This document shows positions 8,512 to 17,408 of a stretch of DNA of 54,216 nucleotides, one piece after another (position 1 is the stretch's first letter; the number at the start of each line of letters is the position of its first letter). The position numbers and the translations under genes were made by a program. The stretch comes from a virus, in IMG/VR virus record IMGVR_UViG_3300019458_000010, positions 1 through 54,216 of that record; one strand, 5' to 3'. The notes beneath the pieces are model-generated. The model did no database searches and was not told the DNA's origin. It saw only the letters and a list, made by a program, of their open reading frames with translations.

Positions 8512-8956
8512 TAGTAAGTACAATCAGACTGTTATTTCACCCGTGACTGTTGGAGAACGTATTTATACCTCAGGCACAAGCGGTAACGATTTTCTGCTTG
8601 AAGATATAAAAATTGAGGCGGAAAAAGGTGGTCGAAAGAATGACGACGGAAAATTACGTTATGACCTTATCTCTACTGTGGGCCTCAGACGGCTCGCCGA
8701 AGCATATACCATTGGGGCCAACAAGCCAGGCTATGGCGATAACAATTGGCGTAAAGGGCTGCGATGGGGAAGACTTTTCGCCTCTCTTATGCGCCACGCT
8801 TGGGCCTGGTGGACTGGAGAGCGTGACGATCCCGCGGATGGTCAGCACCACCTGGCATCGGTTGCCTGGATAGCGTTCGCACTAATGGAGTATGAAGAGT
8901 GTGGTATTGGCGAAGACGATAGGTGGAAGAAATACTCGGTCCCGTGTTCATCGTAG
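8501..8956 (+). CDS. MazG-like all-alpha dNTP pyrophosphohydrolase (dATP/dGTP diphosphohydrolase-type domain)
   Basis: ATG 8501 overlaps the upstream stop. KNDDGKLRYDL..LAEAYTIGA..YGDNNWRKG..MRHAWAWWTGERDD..DGQHHLASVAW pattern. The 8201..8500 part of the track ORF is a shadow of the upstream gene. Confidence 0.65.
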   Translation: MKANSKYNQTVISPVTVGERIYTSGTSGNDFLLEDIKIEAEKGGRKNDDGKLRYDLISTVGLRRLAEAYTIGANKPGYGDNNWRKGLRWGRLFASLMRHAWAWWTGERDDPADGQHHLASVAWIAFALMEYEECGIGEDDRWKKYSVPCSS

Positions 8957-8999
8957 GGGCTTTATACCTTTTCCTATGGTTTACAGGAAGGGAAGGTAA

Positions 9000-9422
9000 A
9001 TGAAAGTCTACCTTAGCGGCACGATAGCGGGGTTAAACTACGAACAAGCAAACGCGTGGCGTGTAGATGCTACCGAGAAACTTAGAGATTTTGGTATTCA
9101 AACAATTAACCCCCTACGAGGACGGATGTTCGGAGAATCCTCCGAGGAAATCTTCGATCCCAACGAGCTTGTACATCGTGACCTCCGAGACCTTCGTGTA
9201 TGCGATATTGTTCTTGCTTATATGGACACGCTATCTCTCGGTACAGCAATGGAGATTTGGCATACCTACTACACTGAAAAGAAGCCGGTGATCTTTGTCA
9301 CAACGAATGACCAGATTCGAAATCACCCCTGGATTCATGTGACAAGTACCAAAATCTTTTGTACCCTTGATGAGGCCATCACTTATATCGTGACAAGATG
9401 GGCTGACGAGGAAGAGATTTGA
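9000..9422 (+). CDS. Nucleoside 2-deoxyribosyltransferase-fold protein (copy 2)
   Basis: MKVYLSGTIAG..., CDIVLAYMDTLSLGTAMEIW (S-x-G-T-x-x-E) typical of NDT-like proteins. Confidence 0.6.
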   Translation: MKVYLSGTIAGLNYEQANAWRVDATEKLRDFGIQTINPLRGRMFGESSEEIFDPNELVHRDLRDLRVCDIVLAYMDTLSLGTAMEIWHTYYTEKKPVIFVTTNDQIRNHPWIHVTSTKIFCTLDEAITYIVTRWADEEEI

Positions 9423-10643
9423 ATGTACCATGAAATCTTCGCATTCCTGCTACACAAGGACTTGTACGCCCAATATGCCCATTACGACATCCGCGAACTT
9501 TTATCGGGATCGAGAGTCGCTCAGACTGTCTACAAAACTATTCGAAATTTGCAGGAATCGGCGGACAATACTCGATCAGGAAATAAATCGATTGACGAGA
9601 TCAATCTCCTGGCAAAGGACCAGCTACCGGAAAGAGAACACACCGAGCTTCAAGCATTCTTGGGACTTGTGGGAGAAGTAGACCGTGCGAAATACTCCGA
9701 GACAGGGATTAAGAAAGCTTTTGAGAACGCCCAGCGACGTAATCTTGCGGCATACCTTGCCGCATCTGCCCTTCCCGCGCTCACAGATGGAGAGCTTCTC
9801 GATGTTCCTGGCATCTTACAAAAACTCGAAGAGGGGTCAAATCGTCTCTATGCCAGTGATAACCGAGTCGATTATGGCGAACACACGGATAGAGAAGTTA
9901 CGCCAGCTAAAACAATTCCTTCATACATCCGACCTTTGGATGCAGCGATTGAAGGAGGGTTATCTCCCGGACAACTGGCAACTTTCGTTGGATGGCCTGG
10001 TATCGGAAAAACTCTTCTTTTACATCAATCGGCGGCTCTTGCCTATTATCATGGACATCACGCCGGGGTCATTACCCTGGAGATTAGTAAGGAAGAAGCT
10101 TGCCGTCGTATTGATATGTTCTTCGGTCGTGGCAAGGAGGATTTGGGAGCCACCTTCAATGAACGAATGGCAGAGGCTAAGTCACGCGGTGGCCGACTTA
10201 CGATCATTGACTCGGCTGCTGATGTGTGTACGCCAGACACAGTACAATCGATTCTTGAGTCAGCTCGTCGACGCGGCACACCCATCGACACACTGTACAT
10301 CGACTACGCCGATCTCATGGAGACCGGTAGGAATCTAGAGGACTACAACGAACTTGGGGAAATATACAAACGCCTTCGACGAGTAGCTGCAAAGTTTGGG
10401 GTTCCGATATGGACTGCGAGTCAGGCCGTGCGAGGGTCTCTTGGCAAAAGATGGCTTGATATGGGGGATATTGCTGACAGTTTTAAGAAAGCCCGTATCG
10501 CCGATCTAATCATTACGATTAATCAGACATACGACGAGCAGGAGACGGGAGACTTACGGCTTTATGTTGCTAAAAGTCGCAGGAACAAGGGGCATCCAAA
10601 AATTCACCTAAAAGCGGATATGGATAGAATGGCTGTACTATAG
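9423..10643 (+). CDS. dnaB: DnaB-like replicative helicase
   Basis: Walker A GWPGIGKT, LYIDYADLM, TASQAVR, RecA-fold C-terminal half behind a helical N-terminal domain. Confidence 0.85.
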   Translation: MYHEIFAFLLHKDLYAQYAHYDIRELLSGSRVAQTVYKTIRNLQESADNTRSGNKSIDEINLLAKDQLPEREHTELQAFLGLVGEVDRAKYSETGIKKAFENAQRRNLAAYLAASALPALTDGELLDVPGILQKLEEGSNRLYASDNRVDYGEHTDREVTPAKTIPSYIRPLDAAIEGGLSPGQLATFVGWPGIGKTLLLHQSAALAYYHGHHAGVITLEISKEEACRRIDMFFGRGKEDLGATFNERMAEAKSRGGRLTIIDSAADVCTPDTVQSILESARRRGTPIDTLYIDYADLMETGRNLEDYNELGEIYKRLRRVAAKFGVPIWTASQAVRGSLGKRWLDMGDIADSFKKARIADLIITINQTYDEQETGDLRLYVAKSRRNKGHPKIHLKADMDRMAVL

Positions 10644-10660
10644 GTAAATAAAAACAATAA

Positions 10661-10697
10661 AGCCCTGGGGGCTACAAACCTCCAGGGCTTTTTCTTT
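10661..10697. terminator. Bidirectional intrinsic terminator at the convergence of the two arms
   Basis: agccctgg(10661-10668)/ccagggct(10682-10689) stem, followed by ttttctttc on + and by ttattgttttta on -. Confidence 0.8.
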
Positions 10698-10719
10698 CTG
10701 GCTTTTTCTTTAAGAGTTG

Positions 10720-10920
10720 TTATTGTGAACGTCTAGAGCGGTAATATGCTTCTATAAAGAGGTCAACCTTCTTCTCTAGCTTCTCTAGGGTCTCTCTATT
10801 ATGGCGAATATGGTTTGTTAATAGCTCGTCTAGCTTTTTTGTCAGAGTGACGTATACCACCCATGTAAAACCATACGATCCTAGCACTAGAGGAATTATA
10901 AGATAATCATACGAGGTCAT
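10720..10920 (-). CDS. Small single-pass membrane protein (last gene of the late operon)
   Basis: N-terminal hydrophobic YLIIPLVLGSYGFTWVVYVTL followed by a charged helical tail. Confidence 0.55.
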   Translation of the reverse strand: MTSYDYLIIPLVLGSYGFTWVVYVTLTKKLDELLTNHIRHNRETLEKLEKKVDLFIEAYYRSRRSQ

Positions 10921-10925
10921 GGACG

Positions 10926-12272
10926 TTATTTCCCTGCGCTTTTCTGAGCACGTTGCTGACGCCTATGCGCTTTCATACGCTTATTTGCCATACGAAGGGC
11001 TTCTATGGCGGCTGTGCGCGCCTCTAAGGGTATTTCAGCAGCATATTCCGCTTTTCCAGGAGCTATCGCCTGAGCTAGTCCCTCCGTATACTTCATCTCC
11101 GCACGAGGTATAAGCCAGGCTTCATTGGCCATCTGGGGCTTTTGCTTTGCCAATTCTCGATAGTACTTGAAAATGGGCTTTCCCCATACTCCACGAACGT
11201 ATTCGCCAATTGTACTACTACCACCTCTAGGAAACATCGAAGCCACGTTCATCGCGTCTTCGAGCAACTTCCCTCTAATAGATTCTGGTAAACGGCCGGG
11301 TGACAAGAGGGCATGGACCCCCTCGTGTCGTAGCACACTTTCGGCCTTCTCGTAAAGAGCGGCATTGGGATCAAACTTGCCAGTCGCAATTACGTCAGCC
11401 GCAGGATTGCGACGTTTTATAGCAGCCGTCATTGGGTGCGTAGGAGCAAAAAGCTCACCCGTCGCCATAAAGCCGCTACCTTCACCCTCTAAGCGGCTCT
11501 TGTGAAATTCTAAAGGCTTCGAGCCTTTACCTGTAAATGCCTTACGTAGTTCTCCAGGGAGACCACGAAGAGACGCGTAAATCTCTTTCTCTCCAGGATA
11601 TCGTAGAGATAGCTGACGTAATCTCTCTTGTTCCGCTGCGAAAGCTTCCGCCCACCGCGAGTATGGCGAGTGCGCGGCCCCTTCTGCGGCTTGTGGAACC
11701 TTAGTTGGTAAGTCCTGTGCTACTCGTTCGGCTTCTGCACGAGCAGGTGATTTAGGCACCATAGGATAAGGGCCACCTTTACGATAGGCTCCTGGTAAGA
11801 ACTTTGCTTCGGGTGTTGCGGCTCCCTTGAGCTTCGTAGCTACTGTTTTTAGGCCTTTTTCTATGATTGGAGCCCCATGTCGTATTCCTGCCCGCAGCAA
11901 GCTAAGCAGACCAGGGCCAACTTCTGACGCAAAACCAGCACCAAAACCTACCTTCTCCGCCGTTGGGCCCATTCCTTCCTCAATAGGTGTCTGTGCAAGA
12001 CTCTGCGATAAACCTTTCCAGGGGGACATTAGAGTTCGTAGCCCGCTTAGGCCGGTTCCAACTACATTAGCCCCTGCGCTTAGACTCTTAACTCCCGGCA
12101 TCATAAGATCGACGAGATTAGAAGGAAGTTCTTCCATACCGGCTTTAAAAGCCGTTTTCCCCTCTTCATACTCTCTACTAGTTTCCCTACCTACTCGACC
12201 GGCGAATCGGCTAAAAAGGCTGCCCTTAGCTACCGCCTCCGCCATCTTTTCCCACATTTCCTGCTCTGCCAT
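10926..12272 (-). CDS. Virion-associated protein with a zincin-like HExxH motif
   Basis: 448-aa ORF with GAGG RBS. HEGVH encoded at 11313-11327. Gly-rich N-terminal third. Confidence 0.6.
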   Translation of the reverse strand: MAEQEMWEKMAEAVAKGSLFSRFAGRVGRETSREYEEGKTAFKAGMEELPSNLVDLMMPGVKSLSAGANVVGTGLSGLRTLMSPWKGLSQSLAQTPIEEGMGPTAEKVGFGAGFASEVGPGLLSLLRAGIRHGAPIIEKGLKTVATKLKGAATPEAKFLPGAYRKGGPYPMVPKSPARAEAERVAQDLPTKVPQAAEGAAHSPYSRWAEAFAAEQERLRQLSLRYPGEKEIYASLRGLPGELRKAFTGKGSKPLEFHKSRLEGEGSGFMATGELFAPTHPMTAAIKRRNPAADVIATGKFDPNAALYEKAESVLRHEGVHALLSPGRLPESIRGKLLEDAMNVASMFPRGGSSTIGEYVRGVWGKPIFKYYRELAKQKPQMANEAWLIPRAEMKYTEGLAQAIAPGKAEYAAEIPLEARTAAIEALRMANKRMKAHRRQQRAQKSAGK

Positions 12273-12600
12273 CTACCTCATCCTTGTAGAGTGGATTGCT
12301 ATACAGCTTTTTGCCAATTTTTAACTCATATACAGAGTCTACACACCCGGCGGGAATTAACTGACTACTCCTGCCAGAGAAGCCTTCTGAGCCGTCCTCA
12401 TCATCCATTGTAAGGCCTCGCTCTGGCCTGACAACAAGGATACCACGTCGAAGGTGCTTTACCCAACCCACAAGTTCAAACGTGGGGCATTTACGTGAAT
12501 AATCATCTGGGTCATACGTGTCATCAGATTGGTGATACTCAATAATGTCCTTCCAACGAATGAGAACTAGCTTATCAATTGGAAGATCGTTTAGCTTCAA
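12226..12600 (-). CDS. Hypothetical protein
   Basis: Track ORF (TTG start) on the operon strand. Confidence 0.5.
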   Translation of the reverse strand: MKLNDLPIDKLVLIRWKDIIEYHQSDDTYDPDDYSRKCPTFELVGWVKHLRRGILVVRPERGLTMDDEDGSEGFSGRSSQLIPAGCVDSVYELKIGKKLYSNPLYKDEVDGRAGNVGKDGGGGS

Positions 12601-12611
12601 GGGTGGTCTCC

Positions 12612-15600
12612 TTATTGTAACTCACGTTCTCTTATTGCCTGCTCATAGGGGGCACGAACCGGCCTAGGTGCCTGCTCTCGTAGCCTTTGTGAACCAGGCT
12701 TGACACGTCTTTCCATTGCTTCTTTCAAGCTTGGCAAGGATGGAATAATTGTCGATATTTCTGGGTAGCGTTGTTTAAATCGCTCAAGAAGCTGTGATGC
12801 TTCTGCATTTCGGCCACGTACACGTAGATCGGACATACGCCCCTGGAAAGTGCGATATTCCTCAGCAGCAGAGCGTTGCAGGTCTGTCAGTTGGTTTAGT
12901 TCGAACATACGCTGGCTTGTCAGGCCCATAGCCTTCATCATCGCCTCACCACGACTAACCTTCTGATGTAGTGGACCTTCAGCTTCTTCAGCACCAAGGG
13001 CCTGCTTCAGTGTCAAGGCGGCCCTATCGACTTCTCCCGCCTTAAAGAGTTTAGCAGCCATTCTAAACCTATTGGCTTGGCTTCCACCAATGGGTGCAGA
13101 ACGTAGTATCTTGCTAGCCCGTTGATCGGGAGTTAGAGGCATGCCGAAGTCGGAAAGGTCCGTACCATTTCCCATGTTAATACCGGTGATAGCCGCCGCA
13201 ATACTCTGCACATGCTCAAAGGCGGGGCCGGGCAGGTTAGTGGCTATTCGCTGCATATCATCATAGTTCAATCCCCACATCGAGGTCTGGTCCGCTAAAG
13301 CCGCTCCCATATAACCTACAAGACCTGGGAACACCTTGAACGGCTTACCATACACCCGACGAGTAAATTCTAAGTCGGCACCAGGAGCAATAGCATCTGT
13401 CCCGAAGAGTGTCAACGTGCCGAGCATGAAGCGAGCAGCCCCCCGTGGGTCTGAGCGAATCAACTGCTCGGTGAACCCTAGTTGGTTAATGGCAAAGGTC
13501 TTAAACTGCCCCACAACGGAGCCTAAATCGTTTCTCGCAAATTCAGGGGTACGACCAATACGGGATGCGAACTGCGTCCGTTCTGCAACATACGCTCCAT
13601 ATTGCAATGCCGCAGACTCAGGCCAGTTACGAGACTTGGCGTGATAGAAGCCCGCCTGAAAGGCATGAATCTTGTTGCTATTCTCAGACCAAAAGAAAGG
13701 AAGTCCTATTGCCCTGTTAATATCCCTAATGCCCTTTCGGAGTCCCGCATACAGACCCTCAGCTCCCGCAATATCCGCGAAAGCCAACTGATCTCTTCCA
13801 AGGATTCCCATTCCCTTAGCCGTCATGCGAAGGGCTTGGTTGGGGATTAACCCCTTCATGAAAGAACCGACATCAACCATACCGAGGATATTTAGTCTCT
13901 GTGTAGTATTAACAATAGGTGATAAAATCGAAGCTCCCATAGTACGCCAAAACTCTGCTGTCTTTACAATTTCGGTAAACGCCTTACCTAGATGCTCAAC
14001 TTGTGTACTAGGATGACCGACATAATAATTGAATAACGCCGCAACATAATCAGCTTTCTGCGGAGAAACGAGAGGCATTAACTCCTTAATACGCGGGAAA
14101 ATAACCGAATTTGTTACCACCCGCGAGAATGCGTTAATTGTCGTGTTTAGGAGTTCTTCAAGAGTAGCTTCCTTTGGCGGAATGTCATATCGCCGACGAT
14201 TTAGGAAGAAAGCCCTAGCTTCTCCCTTAATCTGGCTCTCGATATGAATAGGGAAGTAACCTTCCGCCAACTCAACAAGTTGCGCGCGTTCTGCCATAAC
14301 CTTTTCACGAACAAATGGTAGGTAATTGCCAACAAGGTCTTTCGGATCAAGTTTCTTCATTGCAACAAGGTCGTTGCCCATCTCTTCGAGAATTTTGGCA
14401 ATACCGCGCCAAGCGGTTATTTCCTCGGGTGTAGCCCCCGTTCGCTGCAAAATATCGAGTGTACGGCTTTGTGCTTCTACAAGTTTTCTAGAAAAACTCG
14501 TAGTAGGTGGCGCATCCGACAAAAGGGGAATTTGGCTCTCCGCGGTACCCTTAGCTGCCTTAGTGGCTTGCTCAGCAATATCACGCTCAGTCGGTCCCTG
14601 GCCTGCATGCCAGGCACGTAGAACGCGCTCTCGCTGTGTTTTATTTAGAGGCTTTAAAAAGTTCGCAGCCTCTTTTAAAAGGCTAGTACTCACAGGGCGC
14701 GCCATCAATTCGCCAGCCGCTTTTAGTCTCAAAATCTCCATGGCATTTGGATCACCAAATAATACTCGCCAAGGAGAGTTCGCAAATCGAAATAACCGCG
14801 TATTCATTGCAGCATCTAGGACGCTACCAACTCCGGCTTTAATTGCGCCAATAGGCTTACTAGGGTCGGCGCCTGTTGGCCCATATCGCATTAACTTATT
14901 CCAGTCGTCAGCAATAGCCGCAGGTGGTTCAAGTAAGTTATCCCAGTCAGCAGGAAGGCCTAAACGTGACCAAATACGCTGTGCTGCTTTAGCTTCTGGA
15001 TGTTGTAAGAAATAGTTCATAGGATCGCGTGGTAGTGTTAGCTGATAGGGCTTACTTAGCTTGGTAGTACCTCCTAGGACTTCATCCAATCCCATAGCTT
15101 CAAGGCGTTTAGCTGTCGGGCCAAGAATTCTGCCCGCCTTACTAAAGAGGGTTCCACCTGCTAGAATCCCAACACCAAGGTCTGCCATCATACCAGCAAG
15201 TTCAGGACTGATGCGAGCAAAGCCTAGCTCTACCCCTTCAGGACCAAGAGCCCGTGCCGTTGCTACATCAGCAGAAGCCCCGAGAATGTCGCTCAACGCG
15301 CCTACAGCAGCACCTAAGAGGGCTCCAGGCACCGCACCGATACCACCCATCGGGGCACCGAGACCTGCTCCTGTCACTGCACCTAGGCCCGCTGATACGG
15401 CAATCCTCGGGATTCCAGTACCTAAAATCCCAGATGTAATCTTCTCTTCGATCTGTTGCAGGAAGGTTCTAGGAGCCTCATATGGAACTGGTTGTCCTGC
15501 CATACCTGCCATAGGATCAATGGGCTCCTGTGGCTGCGGAGGTCCCATCAAGATATCCGAGAGCGGATTTTGTTCCCCTCCTGTAACAGGATCGAGAAAG

Positions 15601-15623
15601 TTTGGATCAAACGGCGAAGCCAT
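12612..15623 (-). CDS. Giant internal-virion, ejection or tape-measure-like protein
   Basis: 1003 aa. Glycine-zipper hydrophobic segment GLGAVTGAGLGAPMGGIGAVPGALLGAAVGA near the N-terminus and a long helical C-terminus. Call rests on size and position only. Confidence 0.55.
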   Translation of the reverse strand: MASPFDPNFLDPVTGGEQNPLSDILMGPPQPQEPIDPMAGMAGQPVPYEAPRTFLQQIEEKITSGILGTGIPRIAVSAGLGAVTGAGLGAPMGGIGAVPGALLGAAVGALSDILGASADVATARALGPEGVELGFARISPELAGMMADLGVGILAGGTLFSKAGRILGPTAKRLEAMGLDEVLGGTTKLSKPYQLTLPRDPMNYFLQHPEAKAAQRIWSRLGLPADWDNLLEPPAAIADDWNKLMRYGPTGADPSKPIGAIKAGVGSVLDAAMNTRLFRFANSPWRVLFGDPNAMEILRLKAAGELMARPVSTSLLKEAANFLKPLNKTQRERVLRAWHAGQGPTERDIAEQATKAAKGTAESQIPLLSDAPPTTSFSRKLVEAQSRTLDILQRTGATPEEITAWRGIAKILEEMGNDLVAMKKLDPKDLVGNYLPFVREKVMAERAQLVELAEGYFPIHIESQIKGEARAFFLNRRRYDIPPKEATLEELLNTTINAFSRVVTNSVIFPRIKELMPLVSPQKADYVAALFNYYVGHPSTQVEHLGKAFTEIVKTAEFWRTMGASILSPIVNTTQRLNILGMVDVGSFMKGLIPNQALRMTAKGMGILGRDQLAFADIAGAEGLYAGLRKGIRDINRAIGLPFFWSENSNKIHAFQAGFYHAKSRNWPESAALQYGAYVAERTQFASRIGRTPEFARNDLGSVVGQFKTFAINQLGFTEQLIRSDPRGAARFMLGTLTLFGTDAIAPGADLEFTRRVYGKPFKVFPGLVGYMGAALADQTSMWGLNYDDMQRIATNLPGPAFEHVQSIAAAITGINMGNGTDLSDFGMPLTPDQRASKILRSAPIGGSQANRFRMAAKLFKAGEVDRAALTLKQALGAEEAEGPLHQKVSRGEAMMKAMGLTSQRMFELNQLTDLQRSAAEEYRTFQGRMSDLRVRGRNAEASQLLERFKQRYPEISTIIPSLPSLKEAMERRVKPGSQRLREQAPRPVRAPYEQAIRERELQ

Positions 15624-16594
15624 TATCTACCTAGTGGAGGCTGGGGAGGCGCTGTAATCCAATCAAAAAATCCTCCCGCTACATTCCCAATCTGGGACGG
15701 AGGCCACTCCCCGGGGGCAACATTCTGGGGTCCATAAGGCTGACCACCAGGCTTAATCGCCATGCCTGGGCCGGTCGGGTCAAGCATCTTAAGACGAACT
15801 CGAAGATTACCCCTCTCATCTAAAGTTCGAGTTATAAGGTCCTCAACATTCTGCCTAGTAAAGACGGCCATAGCCTGCGCTAAAGCTAGATGCAGCATGT
15901 TCTCCTTCTGGGGCCCCTCTGGCATACCCATAAAAGTCGTCATAAGCGACTGCATAACTTGGCCAAGACCGCCCGCCTGCATCATGAGAGCCCTACGATA
16001 GGATTCCTGTTGCTCGGGAGGGAGAGATTCAAACTGTTCAAGCGTCATACCAAGCAAGCCGCTAAGCGGAGTCTTGCGGATACGTTCTAACATATTGGCT
16101 TGTTCTGTTGCTTGTCTTTCACGCTGGGACTGCATTTGCATCTCTTCTTGAAGTTTAATCGCCTTGCGTTGCTCTTCCCCCTGCATTTGAATCTTTTGCT
16201 GCTCCGATTGTCTTGTAGCCTCGGCCTGTCTCTCCGCTTGGATAGCGCCAACTTGTCTCTGCAAACGTTCCGCGTGTTCGGGCTCTAAACTAGGCGAAGA
16301 CAAGGCCATATTAAGATAAGTCTCCGACAAGTCGCGGTAGGCACCAGCCCCCAAGCCACTAGGCACCTCGGGAATCTCAGACCTTGTATCTTCCCAGGGT
16401 GTACTTTGTTGCAAACGACGGTTAGCTAAGGCACTCATAGAAGCCGCTTGCTGTGGAGGCGTCACATCCTGATTGACACGAACGTTTCCCTGTTGAAACA
16501 GGTCCTCAATTGTTGGAGTCCCAGGAGGCATCTGTTTTTGAGGTACAGGTGCGATGTCCTGAATATCCCATGGGTCATACGGAAGCGTAGCCAT
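15623..16594 (-). CDS. Q/E/M-rich coiled-coil protein (internal virion protein candidate)
   Basis: Track ORF with start and stop overlapping its neighbours; central QAERQAEATRQSEQQKIQMQGEEQRKAIKLQEEMQMQSQRERQ. Confidence 0.55.
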   Translation of the reverse strand: MATLPYDPWDIQDIAPVPQKQMPPGTPTIEDLFQQGNVRVNQDVTPPQQAASMSALANRRLQQSTPWEDTRSEIPEVPSGLGAGAYRDLSETYLNMALSSPSLEPEHAERLQRQVGAIQAERQAEATRQSEQQKIQMQGEEQRKAIKLQEEMQMQSQRERQATEQANMLERIRKTPLSGLLGMTLEQFESLPPEQQESYRRALMMQAGGLGQVMQSLMTTFMGMPEGPQKENMLHLALAQAMAVFTRQNVEDLITRTLDERGNLRVRLKMLDPTGPGMAIKPGGQPYGPQNVAPGEWPPSQIGNVAGGFFDWITAPPQPPLGR

Positions 16595-17403
16595 TACGCG
16601 AATGCTCCACCCTTCATAAGGGCCTGCAAGATAAGTTGAGGCGTGATAGCCCCCTGCTGTTTAATGCGAGCAGCTTCTAATCCAGGCTGATAACCCATAA
16701 CCGTAGCTTGCTGTGCTGGCACATAGGCTTCAGACATCATGCCAGCCTTACGAGCAGCGAGGTTTGATCCACGGGTGTCGGCCCAAGAACTTTGTCCGCC
16801 ATACCGGCCAGTCCTAGCGGAGATTTGCTGATTCTGTCTTTCTAGTGGCTCGAACTCCCTAGAGACCCTCTCTTGTAAACCCGCAAGGATTCGAGAGTCG
16901 GCCTGTACGGGCATAGGTACGTCTGCGAACATACCGCCACCACCGCCCTGACCACCAAATAGACTTAGCAACTTCTGCATCAATTGATTCTGGAAGCCCC
17001 ACATCATTTTCTGTTGGTCAAAAGCAGCAGATTCGCGCTCCGCTTCTTGCCCAGCCATTCCCTGCATTTGCTGACCGGCTTGCATTCGCATCTGGGAGGA
17101 CCGATCTGTGCCCCCACCCATTCGCATACTTCTCCAAGCCTCTTCGTTAGCACCTGTTAGAAGGCCAAGAACTCGTGGTAGGTACTTCCCTGCCTCGGCG
17201 GGAAACATTCCATAACCACCAGTTTTCATAGAGTATAACGGCCCGGCAGAGCCAGTAGGGAAGTTTCCGCCGCCACCAGACTGTTGGCCGCCCTGCTGGC
17301 CCGGACCACCTGCCTGACTAATTGGGGGCGGCCCACTTTGACCATAGCCCGTAAAGGGCATTGTCGCTGATCCACCTGTAGGTTTCGGAGTATTTGTTGC
17401 CAT
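16594..17403 (-). CDS. Low-complexity G/Q/M-rich protein
   Basis: GGPGQQGGQQSGGGGNFP, MRMQAGQQMQGMAGQ, GGQGGGGGMF tracts. Confidence 0.55.
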   Translation of the reverse strand: MATNTPKPTGGSATMPFTGYGQSGPPPISQAGGPGQQGGQQSGGGGNFPTGSAGPLYSMKTGGYGMFPAEAGKYLPRVLGLLTGANEEAWRSMRMGGGTDRSSQMRMQAGQQMQGMAGQEAERESAAFDQQKMMWGFQNQLMQKLLSLFGGQGGGGGMFADVPMPVQADSRILAGLQERVSREFEPLERQNQQISARTGRYGGQSSWADTRGSNLAARKAGMMSEAYVPAQQATVMGYQPGLEAARIKQQGAITPQLILQALMKGGAFA

Positions 17404-17408
17404 TTTTG

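Noticed and set aside
8501-8956. A Z-genome (2-aminoadenine) pathway, suggested by the MazZ-like pyrophosphohydrolase
   Set aside because: No PurZ/adenylosuccinate-synthetase-like ORF and no DatZ-like HD hydrolase could be recognised anywhere in the 54 kb. The idea is kept only within the general nucleotide-pool finding.
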